From an uncultured archaeon (GTDB taxonomy: Archaea > Thermoproteota > Nitrososphaeria > Nitrososphaerales > Gagatemarchaeaceae), in the NCBI GenBank assembly GCA_963817525.1, contig CAWFOU010000001.1:256001-320000 (forward strand): DNA of 64,000 nucleotides. Direction: 5' to 3'. Of this stretch, positions 20,303-30,865 are shown in pieces. Made by a program: the position numbers and the translations under genes. A model generated the notes under the pieces. That model was not told the DNA's origin. It did no database searches and saw only the letters and a program-made list of their open reading frames with translations. Positions within the stretch are counted from its first letter, which is position 1; the number at the start of each line of letters is the position of its first letter.

Positions 20303-20832
20303 CGCCGGTCCTCCCCGGCGTCCATTGGCCTGAAGTACATGATGTCGGTGATCGCCCCCGTCCTCTTGCCCCTCGGCTTCCAGACAGCCTTCACCTTCGC
20401 CCCCACCGAGATGTCCTCCGGGGAGAACTCCCCCAGGAGATGGAGGAGCCCCATCTTCGGGGATGCCCCGTCCACCTCCACGACCGCGACGAGGATGGGC
20501 TGCTCGCCCTCCCTCCTGCTCGCGTCGGCGTTGACGTAGCTCACAGAATAGGTGGCGACCCTCCCCGTGTCCTGGAGCCTGACCCACTCGTCGGTGGGGC
20601 GGAAGCACACCTCGCAGTACATGCGCGGCGGGACCATGGTCCTCCCACAGCCCGAGCACCTCCTCCCCCAGATCTCGCCGTCCCTCAGCCCCATTAGGAA
20701 CCTCGACACCGCCTTGCCCGAGCTCCAGGCATATTTCAGCTCGGTCTCATACCGGGCAACAAGGTACCTCCCCGCCCTGGCCTCGTCCCGCGTGACCTCC
20801 GTCCCCGGATATCGCTTGACCCTGCTGCTCAA
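20299..20832 (-). CDS. DUF35 Zn-ribbon/OB-fold protein
   Basis: CSGCG...PPRMYCEVC and GAITDIMYFRP. Confidence 0.9.
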   Translation of the reverse strand: MSSRVKRYPGTEVTRDEARAGRYLVARYETELKYAWSSGKAVSRFLMGLRDGEIWGRRCSGCGRTMVPPRMYCEVCFRPTDEWVRLQDTGRVATYSVSYVNADASRREGEQPILVAVVEVDGASPKMGLLHLLGEFSPEDISVGAKVKAVWKPRGKRTGAITDIMYFRPMDAGEDRR

Positions 20833-22784
20833 CTCGAAGCCTCCGCCCTGGCGCGGTACCCGACGAAGAACTCCATCGAGGCGGGGTTCTTGAGGGAGGC
20901 CTCGCTCACGGCGTCCCGGGGATTATCTCCCATGAGAACGCGCTTCACTGGGACCTCCACCTTCTTGCCGCTCAGCGTCCTCGGGACCTCTTCGATCTGG
21001 ACGACGTCGTCGGGGACGAGCTTCGGGGAGAGGTCCTCCCCCACCTTCCGCTTTATCCTGTCGCGCATCGCCTCGTCGAGCACCTTCCCCTTCCGGAGAA
21101 CGACGAAGAGAGGCATGAACGACCTGCCCCCCGCATACTCGAGGTCGACCACGAGGGAGTCGGCCACCTCGGGGATCGACTCGACCACCCTGTAGATCTC
21201 GCTCGTCCCCGCCCTCACACCCCTGCGCTTTATCGTGGCGTCAGAGCGCCCGTAGATCACGCATGTTCCGTCCTCGTCGATCCTCACCCAGTCGCCGTGC
21301 CTCCAGACCCCGGGGAAGTAGGAGAAGTAGCTCTCGGCGTACCTCGACCCGTCCTCGTCTCCCCAGAGGTATAGCGGCATCGAGGGCATCGGACGGGTGA
21401 CCACGAGCTCCCCCACCTGCCCGACGACCGCGTCCCCGTGCTCGTCGTAGGCCTTCACCGCCGCCCCTAGGTACCTGCACTGGATCTTTCCGGAGACCAC
21501 GGGCAGCGCAGGGTTCCCGCCGACGAACGCCGTACAGACGTCCGTCCCGCCGCTGATGGACGCTACCCAGAGGTCGGCTCTCACTCTCGCGTAGAGCCAC
21601 TCGAATGTCGACCCTGAGAGGGGGGACCCGGTGGAGCCGAAGCCCTTCAGGTCGCCCAGGTCGCGCCCCCGGGGGTCGAACCCGCTCTTCGCCACGGCGT
21701 CGAAGTACGAGGCTCCCGCGCCGAAGAACGTCATTCCCGTCCTCTCGGCGAGGTCCCAAAGCGCTCCCGGACCGGGGTAGAGGGGGTCGCCGTCGTAGAG
21801 GACAACCTGGCTCCCCAGCATCAGCGCCCCGACCAGGTAGTTCCACATCATCCAGCCCGTAGACGTGTACCAGAACGTCCTGTCCCCGCGCCTGACGTCG
21901 TTGTGCAGGGAGAGGGCCTTGAGCTGCTCCAGGAGCATGCCTCCGTGGCCGTGGACGATGGGCTTCGGGAGGCCGGTCGTCCCCGAGGTGTAGAGCACCC
22001 ATAGGGGATGGTCGAAGGCGACCTTTGCGAAGCTCAGGGATTCGCTCCTCTCTCCCAGCTCGACCCAGTCCTCTGCCCCCGCGACGCCCTCCTTCTCCTT
22101 GGTGTCAGTGACTATGGTCGTTTCGATGCTCGTTATCGACTCCCTCACCTCCTCTATCACCCCCCGCCTGTCGAACCACTTGCCGCCATAGTCGTAGCCC
22201 TCGACCCCAATGAAGACCTTGGGGGTCACCTGCCTTAGGCGGTCTATCACCGCGCGCGGCCCAAAGTCGGGGGAGCAGCAGGTCCAGACCGCCCCGATGC
22301 TGGCTGCCGCGAGGAAGCCCACCACCGCCTCAGGGCAGTTGGGAAGGTACCCGGCGACCCTGTCGCCAGGCCTCACCCCCTCCTCCCTCAGGAACGCGGA
22401 GAGCGCCGCGGTCTCCGCCTTCAGCTCGCCCCACGTCACGCTCGAGTCCTCGTCCCCCTCAGCCGCGACGACGAGGGCGACGTCGCCGTCGTACCTGTTC
22501 CTGAAGACGTGCTCCGCATAGTTGAGCTGCGCCCCCTCGAACCACCTCGCCCCGGGCATCTTCCTGTCGGCGAGGATCTTGCCGTATGGCGCGGTCGACC
22601 ACACCTCGAAGTACTCCCAGACGCTCTCCCAGAACCCTTCGAGGTCCTCTATGGACCATCGCCAGAGGGAGTCGTAGCTCGGGAAGGCCCTGCCGGTCCT
22701 CTTCTCGAGCCATCGCGTGTACCTCGTGATGTTCGCGCCTTCGGCCCTTTCTTTGCTCGGGGTCCAGAGAGTCTCTCCCTCCAT
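20829..22784 (-). CDS. Acetoacetate--CoA ligase
   Basis: MPGARWFEGAQLNYAE, SPDFG, LYTSGTTGLPKPIVH, GWMMWN, SISGGTD, WRHGDW and SGKKVEVPVK. Confidence 0.93.
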   Translation of the reverse strand: MEGETLWTPSKERAEGANITRYTRWLEKRTGRAFPSYDSLWRWSIEDLEGFWESVWEYFEVWSTAPYGKILADRKMPGARWFEGAQLNYAEHVFRNRYDGDVALVVAAEGDEDSSVTWGELKAETAALSAFLREEGVRPGDRVAGYLPNCPEAVVGFLAAASIGAVWTCCSPDFGPRAVIDRLRQVTPKVFIGVEGYDYGGKWFDRRGVIEEVRESITSIETTIVTDTKEKEGVAGAEDWVELGERSESLSFAKVAFDHPLWVLYTSGTTGLPKPIVHGHGGMLLEQLKALSLHNDVRRGDRTFWYTSTGWMMWNYLVGALMLGSQVVLYDGDPLYPGPGALWDLAERTGMTFFGAGASYFDAVAKSGFDPRGRDLGDLKGFGSTGSPLSGSTFEWLYARVRADLWVASISGGTDVCTAFVGGNPALPVVSGKIQCRYLGAAVKAYDEHGDAVVGQVGELVVTRPMPSMPLYLWGDEDGSRYAESYFSYFPGVWRHGDWVRIDEDGTCVIYGRSDATIKRRGVRAGTSEIYRVVESIPEVADSLVVDLEYAGGRSFMPLFVVLRKGKVLDEAMRDRIKRKVGEDLSPKLVPDDVVQIEEVPRTLSGKKVEVPVKRVLMGDNPRDAVSEASLKNPASMEFFVGYRARAEASS

Positions 22785-22787
22785 CTC

Positions 22788-23951
22788 CTATCGCCTCATC
22801 GTGACCACGGTGCCGACCTGAAGCAAGTCCCCCCAGGCCTGGGCCAGCCCCCTGTTCACGTCCTTCTTCACCTGCCTCTTGCCGGCCTCGCCCCTCAGCT
22901 GCCAGAAGACCTCGCAGACCTTCATCAGGCCCGCAGCGGCGATGGGGTTCCCCACCCCGAGGAGCCCGCCCGACGGGTTGACTGGAAAGTCCCCGTCCCT
23001 CTGGGTCACCCCCTCTCTGGTCAACTTGGCCGCGCCGCCCCTTTCGGCGAGCAGGAGCCCCTCGAGGTGGTGCAGTTCCTTGTAGTCGAACGGGTCGTAC
23101 ACCTCGGCAAAGTCGAGCTCCTTCCGCGGGTCCTCTATCTTCGCCATCTTGTAGGCCATCCTCGCAGCGCTCTCGAGGTACTCGGGGTAGCACAGGTCCC
23201 TGTTGGTCCAGTACTGGGTGTCCACGTTCCAGCCGACGCCGTCGATCCAGACCGGGTCGTCGGTGTACTTCCTCGCGACCTCCTCCGATGCGAGCACCAT
23301 CGCGCATGCGCCGTCGGAAGGCGGCGAGACGTCAAGGCGCTTCACAGGAGAGACGATCCTCTCGCTCCTCATCACGTCGTCCACGGTGATCTTCGCCCCG
23401 AGCTGCGCGCAGGGGTGGTCGAGGGCGTTGAGCTTGTTCTTCACGGCGACTAGTGCGATGTCCTCCTCCTTGATCCCGTAGACGTGCATGTACCTCCGCA
23501 TCTCGAGGGCGAAGATCCAGAGGAGGGTCACCCCCAGCGGCCTCTCGAGCGTGTGGTCGAATATGCTCCAGAACGCGTACTGCGGGTGCGGGTGGAGCGG
23601 GGACATTTTCTCTTCCGCGACCACCATGCAGGTGTCGAACAGCCCCGAGGCCACGTGCCACCACCCGCCGATCGGGGAGAAGACCCCCGTCCCCCCGCCG
23701 ACGTAGACCCTGCTAGTGGGCGCACCTATCCCTCCCGCCCCCTCGATGAGGTACTCGCCCTTCATGTGCACCCCGTCGAAGGCGTCAGGGGCGCTGCCTA
23801 TCACCACTGACTCGACGTCCTTCCTCTCCATCCCCGCCTGCTCGAGGGCCATCGCGCTAGCCTCGTAGGAGAGCTCCCTCCCTGTCTCGAGGAGCCTCCT
23901 CCTGAAGAGCGTCATCCCCGCGCCGATGACCGCGACCCTCCGCGACGTCAT
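22788..23951 (-). CDS. Thiolase-fold (SCP2/nsLTP-type) protein
   Basis: PPSDGACA, AEVYDPF and NPSGGLLGVGNP; the usual catalytic Cys is not evident. Confidence 0.85.
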   Translation of the reverse strand: MTSRRVAVIGAGMTLFRRRLLETGRELSYEASAMALEQAGMERKDVESVVIGSAPDAFDGVHMKGEYLIEGAGGIGAPTSRVYVGGGTGVFSPIGGWWHVASGLFDTCMVVAEEKMSPLHPHPQYAFWSIFDHTLERPLGVTLLWIFALEMRRYMHVYGIKEEDIALVAVKNKLNALDHPCAQLGAKITVDDVMRSERIVSPVKRLDVSPPSDGACAMVLASEEVARKYTDDPVWIDGVGWNVDTQYWTNRDLCYPEYLESAARMAYKMAKIEDPRKELDFAEVYDPFDYKELHHLEGLLLAERGGAAKLTREGVTQRDGDFPVNPSGGLLGVGNPIAAAGLMKVCEVFWQLRGEAGKRQVKKDVNRGLAQAWGDLLQVGTVVTMRR

Positions 23952-25087
23952 GAGCCCACCGAGAGCAGCGCGACCCCACCCGTGGCCGTGGGGACGCCCC
24001 TCCAAGACTGGACGAGGGCCCTCCGGGCCCCCGGCACCTGCCTCTCTCCCGCCTCTCCCCTGAGCTGGAGGACCGCCTCGTAGAGCCTGTGGACCGCGCC
24101 GGCCTCGACGAGGTTGCCCACCGCCAGCGCCCCGCCCGACGGGTTCAGGGCCGGCCCAGCCCCTCCGAGGACGCCCAAGGCCTCCTCCCTGCCCCCGGCC
24201 AGCGACGCTACGTGCTGCAGGAGCTTGAACGAGTATGTGTCGTCGGCCTCGACGACGTCCACCGACCCGAGGCCACGCATGAGGCCCGCCTGCTTTGCCG
24301 CGCGCGCGAACGAGTCGCGCGCGTATCCCGCGAACGCAGCCTCGCCTCCGTCAAACCACGGGAGCGAGGAGCTCCACGCCACGCCGTCGACGCGCACCGA
24401 GTCCTTGCGGTTCTTCCTTGTCCAGGCCTCGGAAGCGAGGACCACCACCACTGCTGCGTCCGCATACCCTGCCTTGTCCGCCCTCCTGAGGGGCGAGGAG
24501 AGGACCTTGGAGCCGGGCGAGACGCCCCGCCTCCTCTTCGAGCCGAAGCTCGCGAGCGGGTTCGCCTTGCCCAGTCTCCTGGCGTTCTCGATGGCGACGT
24601 CGCAGTCGGCGAGGGCAAACCCCGAGGCCTCGAAGAACGCGCACATCTCCAGCGCGGCCAGGGTGTCGGCCCCCATCCCCAGCGGGCGCACTAAGGTGGG
24701 TTCCTGGGCGAGGCCCTCGACAGCCCCCTTGTCGAGCACCTCGGAGGCCTTGCTGTGCGCCTCTAGGACCACAACCTCGGCGACCCCCGACTCTATCTGC
24801 ATCACCGCGTTCCCGAGACCCGTGACCCCGTCCCCCGGAATGGTGCAGACGGGCCTGCCCGCTCCGCCCAGCTGGTCGGGGACCATCTCGTCTGTGATGC
24901 TCCAGCCCTCCCAGAGGTCCTCTCCCGTGGTGATGAAGGAGTCGACCTCCTTCCTCGGGTCGATCCCCGCGTCCGTGTACGCAAGGGCCGCTGCCTCGAA
25001 CATCAGCTCCCGCGTCGAGATCTCGGGGAGCTCCGGCCTGAACCCTACAGCGCCCACCCCGACGACACCGACCGCAGGCCTCCTCAT
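23948..25087 (-). CDS. Thiolase-fold (SCP2/nsLTP-type) partner subunit
   Basis: EDLWEGWSITDE, VVEADDTYS, NPSGGALAVGN and QLRGEAGERQV. Confidence 0.85.
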   Translation of the reverse strand: MRRPAVGVVGVGAVGFRPELPEISTRELMFEAAALAYTDAGIDPRKEVDSFITTGEDLWEGWSITDEMVPDQLGGAGRPVCTIPGDGVTGLGNAVMQIESGVAEVVVLEAHSKASEVLDKGAVEGLAQEPTLVRPLGMGADTLAALEMCAFFEASGFALADCDVAIENARRLGKANPLASFGSKRRRGVSPGSKVLSSPLRRADKAGYADAAVVVVLASEAWTRKNRKDSVRVDGVAWSSSLPWFDGGEAAFAGYARDSFARAAKQAGLMRGLGSVDVVEADDTYSFKLLQHVASLAGGREEALGVLGGAGPALNPSGGALAVGNLVEAGAVHRLYEAVLQLRGEAGERQVPGARRALVQSWRGVPTATGGVALLSVGS

Positions 25088-25171
25088 CTGGCGCGCCGAA
25101 GGCCCCCTCGATAGATAAGTTTGGCTCCGCAGGAGCAATTAATTTACCTGCGAATCCTATCCTCCGCTGTC

Positions 25172-25948
25172 ATGGAGGAGATCGAGAGCGAGCTCCGGGA
25201 CAAGTTCGGCCTCAACTCCTACGAGGCGCGCGGCTACCTCGCCCTGGTCGCCGCCCCTCTGAAGCCGAAGGACCTTGCGACCGCCGCGGACATCCCCTCG
25301 CCTCGGGTCTACGACACCCTCCACGCGCTGGAGATGAAAGGCTTCGTCCACCAGCGGGGGGAGACCTACGTCGCCGAGTCCCCGAGCGTCGCCCTCAAGA
25401 CCTACCTCCTGGGCCACCAGCGGTCCTTCGAGAAGGCGAAGGAGGCCAAGGAGGCCTCGATGCAGCGGATAGTGGAGCTCCTGCAGCCCGTCGTGGCCTC
25501 CAAGGACGAGCTCTCACAGGAGCCGGTCCTGCTCAGGGGTATAGACGCGATAGCCGGGAGGTTCTTCGAGATCCTGAGCACCTCGAGCGACATTACGCTC
25601 ATGGTAAGGAAGGCCCTCAAGGTCAAGGGCGTCTTCAGCGAGTACCTGGAGGCGTTCCCGCTCTCCGGGAAGAGGATACGCCTCCTCCTCCCGTCGAAGC
25701 CGCCCATCAACGAGCGCGACGCCAGGCTCCTCTCGCGCCTGAAGATAGCGACGCGCTACTACGACCACCCCGTCCTCGATATGATGGTCGCCGACGAGCT
25801 GGACGTCGTGCTCGGCGTCCCCGAGAGGAGCAACGACGAGCCGTTCAGCGCCGTGGCCCTGTGGGTGAGGAACCCCTCTTTCGCGAGGTCCACCCGCGCG
25901 GCGATCGACGAGATATGGGAAGAGAGCTCGAAGAAGGGGCGGGGCTAG
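25172..25948 (+). CDS. TrmB-family transcriptional regulator
   Basis: FGLNSYEARGYLAL...IPSPRVYDTLHALEMKGFV HTH; divergent from the thiolase operon. Confidence 0.9.
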   Translation: MEEIESELRDKFGLNSYEARGYLALVAAPLKPKDLATAADIPSPRVYDTLHALEMKGFVHQRGETYVAESPSVALKTYLLGHQRSFEKAKEAKEASMQRIVELLQPVVASKDELSQEPVLLRGIDAIAGRFFEILSTSSDITLMVRKALKVKGVFSEYLEAFPLSGKRIRLLLPSKPPINERDARLLSRLKIATRYYDHPVLDMMVADELDVVLGVPERSNDEPFSAVALWVRNPSFARSTRAAIDEIWEESSKKGRG

Positions 25949-26634
25949 GCACGTCGCCAAGACCCAAGGCGAGGCCGGCCTCGCTGGCCAAGAAGGAGGC
26001 CTTCAAGGCAGGTTACGCCCACATCCGGGAGCGCGACCCGAAGCTGAAGCCCCTCCTCGAGGCCAGAGGCGTGCTGGAGTTCAAGCCCGAGGGGGAGCCC
26101 TTCGAGTCGCTGGTGGAGTCGATCCTCTCACAGCAGCTCGCCGGCTCGGCAGCGTCCGCGATAATCAAGAAGGTGAGGGCTCTCTTCCCCCGAGGCGAGC
26201 TCGACGCGAAGAGGATGCACCGCATCGACCCCAAGAAGCTCCGGGCGGCCGGGGTCTCGCCGCAGAAGCTGTCGTACCTCAAGGACCTGTCCGCGCGCGT
26301 GGTGAAGGGGACGCTCGACCTCGAGTCTCTGGAGACGATGACGGACGAGGAGATCATCGAGGTGCTCGACGCGGTCAAGGGCATAGGGCCCTGGACTGTC
26401 CACATGTTCCTCATCTTCACGCTCGGGCGTCCGGACGTCCTCCCGGTCGGAGACTATGGGATCCAGACGAGCGTCCAAAGCGTCTACGGCCTCGCAGAGC
26501 TCCCAAAGAAGGCAGACATAGAGAGGCTCGCGGAGATGTGGCGCCCCTACTCCACCGTGGCCTCGCTGTATCTGTGGCACGCGAAGGACCGTCCCGACGC
26601 CAGCTCGGCCGAGACCGTAACGAAAGATAAATGA
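25915..26634 (+). CDS. DNA-3-methyladenine glycosylase (AlkA/HhH-GPD family)
   Basis: SILSQQL, VKGIGPWT HhH, DVLPVGDYG and WRPYSTVASLYLW. Start is uncertain. Confidence 0.92.
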   Translation: MGRELEEGAGLGTSPRPKARPASLAKKEAFKAGYAHIRERDPKLKPLLEARGVLEFKPEGEPFESLVESILSQQLAGSAASAIIKKVRALFPRGELDAKRMHRIDPKKLRAAGVSPQKLSYLKDLSARVVKGTLDLESLETMTDEEIIEVLDAVKGIGPWTVHMFLIFTLGRPDVLPVGDYGIQTSVQSVYGLAELPKKADIERLAEMWRPYSTVASLYLWHAKDRPDASSAETVTKDK

Positions 26635-26659
26635 GCGCCCCGCTTTCCCCGCTCCAATC

Positions 26660-27835
26660 TTGAAGCCCTTCTCGCCGGAGCACGAGCGCCTGCTGGTCTC
26701 CCTCTACGGGGCCGAGGCCGCCGAGGGCCACGCCGCCCTCCTGAGGAGCCTCTCCGTCGCGCTCGAGCAGAAGGTCGTCCCGCTCTCGCTCCCCATCGAC
26801 CAAGGGAAGGAGGAAGTCCGCAAGGCGCGGAAGGTCATGTTCGACCAAGGTCTGTGTAAGCTCCCGCACGGGGGTGAATCGGGCGGCCTCGGGGCCCCCT
26901 TCGGCGTCTTCGCGATGGCGATGGAGCTCGCGGGGGCGGCCGACTCCAGCACGGCGATGAGCCTGGGTATACACAACACGGTAGCTGAGGCGCTGGAGAG
27001 GTTCGGCTCGCCCGCGCAGAAGAAGCGCCTCCTTCCCGCGCTCCTCTCAGGGAAGAAGCTCGCGGCCTTCGCCCTGACCGAGCCGTCGTCGGGGTCAGAC
27101 GCGCGCGCGATGAAGACGACGGCCCTCAAAGGGCCTAGTCATTATGTCATCGACGGCTCGAAGGTGTTCATCACCAACGCCAGCGAGGCCGACGTATTCC
27201 TGGTCTTCGCCTCGATGGGGAGCGGGCACGGCGCGTTCCTCGTGGAGGCAGGCACGAAGGGGCTGAAGGTCGGGCAGGAGCTGAACGAGAAGCTGGGGAT
27301 GAGGGGCTCGCACACCGCGGAGGTGAGGCTCCTCACCTGCAGGGTCGACGACGACGCCCTCGTGGGGCAGGAGGGGGCGGGCTTCGACCAGGCGAAGCAG
27401 CTCCTGGACTCCAGCCGGATAGTCATGGGGATGATCTGCGTCGGGATAGCGCGGGCAGCCCACGGCAAGGCGCTTGCGTACTCCAAGCGGAGGGAGCTCT
27501 TCGGGAAGAAGCTCTCCGAAATGCAGCTGACCAGGGAAAAGCTCGCCAACGCCGCCATCGAGATCAACGCAGCGCGCCTGCTGTGCATGCACGCCGCTAG
27601 GCTCAAGGAGGCGGGAGAGCCCTACTCGTCAGAGGCCGCCCAGGCGAAGGTGCTCGCGACCGAGATGGCCGTGAGGACCTGTGACGGCGCCATCCAGCTC
27701 CTCGGGGGCTACGGGTACACCAGCGACGACATCCACAGGCACCTAAGGGACGCGAGGCTCCTCACCATCGGCGAGGGCGCCTCCGAGGTCCTGCGTATGC
27801 TCATCGCCTCGCACGAGCTTGAGCGGGAACCATGA
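26660..27835 (+). CDS. Acyl-CoA dehydrogenase
   Basis: FALTEPSSGSDA, GSKVFITN, KLGMRGS, QLLGGYGY and IGEGASE. Confidence 0.95.
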   Translation: MKPFSPEHERLLVSLYGAEAAEGHAALLRSLSVALEQKVVPLSLPIDQGKEEVRKARKVMFDQGLCKLPHGGESGGLGAPFGVFAMAMELAGAADSSTAMSLGIHNTVAEALERFGSPAQKKRLLPALLSGKKLAAFALTEPSSGSDARAMKTTALKGPSHYVIDGSKVFITNASEADVFLVFASMGSGHGAFLVEAGTKGLKVGQELNEKLGMRGSHTAEVRLLTCRVDDDALVGQEGAGFDQAKQLLDSSRIVMGMICVGIARAAHGKALAYSKRRELFGKKLSEMQLTREKLANAAIEINAARLLCMHAARLKEAGEPYSSEAAQAKVLATEMAVRTCDGAIQLLGGYGYTSDDIHRHLRDARLLTIGEGASEVLRMLIASHELEREP

Positions 27836-28599
27836 ACGTCGTAGTCCTCGTAAAGAGCGCCGTCGACGAGGCGGAGCTGCGAGCAGACGCCTCGGGACAT
27901 CCGGTCCTCAGGGGCGCAGCGACCAAGATGAGCAACTTCGACGCGATCGGGGTCGAGGAGGCGATGAAGCAGAAGGAGAAGAACGGGGGCACAATCACGG
28001 TGCTCTCGCTCGGTGGCGCGGAGGCGACGAAGGCGATCAGGGAAGCCCTTGCTATGGGAGGGATCAAGGCGGTGCACGTCCTCGTCGAGCCCTCCGAAGC
28101 GCCCGACTCCGTCGCCACCGCGTATTGCCTCGCCGAGGCGATCAGGAGGGTCGGGAGCGTGGACCTGGTGATCTGCTCCGAGGGGGCCTCCGACACCTAT
28201 CAGGGTGAGGTCGGCGCCATGGTCGCCGAGTTCCTGGACTTGCCGTTCATGGGATACGCCAGGAAGGTCGAGACTGGCGATGGCAAGGTCAGGTGCGAGC
28301 AGTTGCTCAAGGGTTCGGTAAGGGTCCTGCAAGCCGACCTCCCAGCGGTGGTCTCCATGGTGAGCGGGGGTAACGTACCGCGATACCCGACCCTGCTTCA
28401 GGTGATGGTCGCGGGGAGGAAGCCCATCGAGCAGATATCCTTCGCCTCTCTGAAGGGGCCGGACTTTCCCGACACCGGGACAGAGGTCGTCGGCGTCGCC
28501 CTCCAGGCGTCGAACAGAAAGCGGGTGCTCTTCGACGGCACCCCAGAGGAGTCAGCGAGGAAGCTCGTGGAGGCGCTGAAGGAGGAGGGAGTCCTTTGA
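27832..28599 (+). CDS. etfB: Electron transfer flavoprotein beta subunit
   Basis: NFDAIGVEEA, REALAMG, DTYQGEVG and PRYPTL. Confidence 0.92.
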   Translation: MNVVVLVKSAVDEAELRADASGHPVLRGAATKMSNFDAIGVEEAMKQKEKNGGTITVLSLGGAEATKAIREALAMGGIKAVHVLVEPSEAPDSVATAYCLAEAIRRVGSVDLVICSEGASDTYQGEVGAMVAEFLDLPFMGYARKVETGDGKVRCEQLLKGSVRVLQADLPAVVSMVSGGNVPRYPTLLQVMVAGRKPIEQISFASLKGPDFPDTGTEVVGVALQASNRKRVLFDGTPEESARKLVEALKEEGVL

Positions 28600-29528
28600 C
28601 CGGCGACGTCCTCACCTACTCCGAAAGTCCCGACCTAGCCGGGGAGGTTGCAGCTGCCGGAGCCGAGCTGGCTGGAAAACTCGGCGTGGAGGCGGTGGCG
28701 CTCGAGCTCGACGACGTGAGCCCTGGGCTGCGGACCGCTAACCAAATCGTCGTCCTCAAGGGGGAGAGGAAGTTCGAGGACATCGCCGATTCGGCCTCCG
28801 CCGCCATCTTGGAATATTCGAAGGGGAACCCATTCGCAGCGCTCCTCGTTGCCGAGACCAGGTTCGGGACGATGGTCGCCGCCAAGGTGGCGGCCCGCCT
28901 CAAGGTGGGCTCGCTAGGGAAGGGCAGGAGACTCCGTCCCGAGCAGGGCCGGCTGGTGCTGGAAAGGGACGTCTACGGAGGGAGGTTCTCGGCCACGGTC
29001 GCCTCAAGGATGCCCTGCGTCGCCTTGGTGCAGGCTGGGGCGTACAAGCCGGTGGACTTTTCTCCCGCCCCGGCCAAGACCTTCAACCTTGCCGTCGGGG
29101 CGCCGAAGGTCTCCGCTTCGGAGGCGCACGAGGGCCAAGAAGGGGCGGCCGGGATAAAGTCGGCATCGAGGATAGTCTCCGCCGGCAGGGGATTCGCGAG
29201 AAAGGAAGACTTGGCCTTGGCGCAAGGGCTCGCCGACGCGCTGGGGGCGGCGCTGGGGGGCTCGCGGCCGATGTCATCAGAATTGGGGTGGCTCGGGGAA
29301 GAATCCCAGATCGGGCTAACGGGGGCCTACGTCCGCCCGAACCTCTACGTCGCGGTGGGGATATCGGGCCAGCTCCAGCACGTCGCCGGCATCAAGGAGT
29401 CGAAGGTCATCGTCGCGATCAACAAAGACGCGCAAGCCCCTATCTTCCAGGTCGCCGACTATGGCATAGTGGGAGACCTCTACACGGTAGTGCCCGCGCT
29501 GACCAAGCTTCTCAAGAGCCTTGCATGA
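28596..29528 (+). CDS. etfA: Electron transfer flavoprotein alpha subunit
   Basis: [34 protein letters not shown] and DYGIVGD. Confidence 0.94.
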   Translation: MTGDVLTYSESPDLAGEVAAAGAELAGKLGVEAVALELDDVSPGLRTANQIVVLKGERKFEDIADSASAAILEYSKGNPFAALLVAETRFGTMVAAKVAARLKVGSLGKGRRLRPEQGRLVLERDVYGGRFSATVASRMPCVALVQAGAYKPVDFSPAPAKTFNLAVGAPKVSASEAHEGQEGAAGIKSASRIVSAGRGFARKEDLALAQGLADALGAALGGSRPMSSELGWLGEESQIGLTGAYVRPNLYVAVGISGQLQHVAGIKESKVIVAINKDAQAPIFQVADYGIVGDLYTVVPALTKLLKSLA

Positions 29529-29535
29529 GTCAGCC

Positions 29536-29988
29536 ATGGCCCAGAGCATCACCAGGACGGTGGAGATCAGCGCTCCGCCTCCCCTCGTCTTCAAGGCCCT
29601 GACCAGCCCCGAGGAGATCGCAGTGTGGATGGCGGGGGAAGTTGAGTTCGACGCGCGAGTCGGCGGAGAGTACGTCCTCAGTTTCCATCTGGCCGAGAAA
29701 GGGATTGACGCCGTCGCCACGGGCAGGGTCGTCGAGCTCGTCCCGGACCAGCGGCTGTCCTACACCTTCGACTCCACCAAGTTCGGCGCCGACCCTAGCC
29801 CTGTGGACTCGGTCGTCAAGTGGACGCTGGAGGAACTCCCAGGAGCTAACACGCGCGTCACTCTCGTCCACAAAGGGACGACCAAGGAGTTGAATAAAGA
29901 CATGGACGCCGCCTGGGGGACCTTCGTCTCCCAGCTCTCGGCCCACTGCAAGGGCGCCGTCGCAAGAAGGGCCCGCGACTTGATGTAG
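29536..29988 (+). CDS. SRPBCC/AHSA1-like (START-fold) protein
   Basis: ISAPPPLVFKALT..EIAVW, DARVGG, TRVTLVH and C-terminal W-helix. Confidence 0.88.
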   Translation: MAQSITRTVEISAPPPLVFKALTSPEEIAVWMAGEVEFDARVGGEYVLSFHLAEKGIDAVATGRVVELVPDQRLSYTFDSTKFGADPSPVDSVVKWTLEELPGANTRVTLVHKGTTKELNKDMDAAWGTFVSQLSAHCKGAVARRARDLM

Positions 29989-30010
29989 CGGCGCAGCCTC
30001 AGGCCCATCT

Positions 30011-30122
30011 GTGGCCGCCCCTCCCGGGTTCCTCATCACGTGCGCCCAGGACTCCTGAAAGTCCAGAATCTTTCCGGGCCTCAGACGGATGTAGCGGCGG
30101 TGGCCTCCAGCCGCCCCGCCTG
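30011..30122 (+). repeat. ~112-bp direct repeat, copy 1
   Basis: Aligns by eye to 31087-31199 with 8 mismatches and 1 gap. Confidence 0.92.
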
Positions 30123-30269
30123 GCGTGCCGTTGTTCGGGTATCATGTAGGCACGTAGGTACGAGCGGTTAGGAGCTGGATCGAGTATTCGCGTTGACGGC
30201 TACGGACAAGAAGACCTGACCGTGGCGGTGTTCGTGAACTCGACGCTTGCCGGTAGGTGTCCGTCTTGC

Positions 30270-30865
30270 TCAAGGGCGAGAACTTGCCCGAGACGTGACG
30301 GTCGGAAACCCTTCGGCTATCGCCATCGTCGCGAAAGACCCGAACTTCTCCAGCAGGAGGGTCGTAGGCCCGTCCTTTACCTCTACCATCGACTCGTTCT
30401 CGATCTCCCACGTCTCTGGGATGCGGAAGTAGAGCATGCCGTCGCGAGGCAGTGGCAGCCCGCCTTCGCCACCCCGGACGCATCCAGCGCGCTGAGCTGC
30501 TTGCCGTCATACCAGACGCTGCACTTCTCCACGAACCTGTTGCCCCTGACCACGATCGCCCAGTTGCTGCGGAAAGGCATCGTCACCCGCTCCTTGATGA
30601 CCTGGAGATAGACCGCGGGGGCGAGCTTGTCCACGACCACAATCATGACCTGGTCGCCCACATCCACGACGTTATCGTCCCGAACCGGAGCGACTACGAA
30701 CTGCCGGCTCCCGTTAGCCTTTCGACCCCCGTCGACCACGAGGACGCCAATCTTCGATGACGTTATCCTCTCCTGTCCCGGCGTCTCCGTCCTTCCCTCC
30801 GCTTCCTGCGTTTCCGCTAGTCTCTGCTCTTCTGGTGTTTTATCAGTCTGGGTGACAATAGACAT
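30270..30865 (-). pseudogene. Hypothetical protein, frameshifted near 30472-30475 (or a sequencing indel)
   Basis: Adding one G in the GGGG run joins the 160-aa ORF to a coding-like continuation GGEGGLPLPRDGMLYFRIPETWEIENESMVEVKDG...SRP*, ending at 30270. Confidence 0.6.

Noticed and set aside
25945-25948. CTA start for the AlkA-family glycosylase gene overlapping the trmB stop
   Set aside because: An in-frame ATG at 25915 provides a conventional start.
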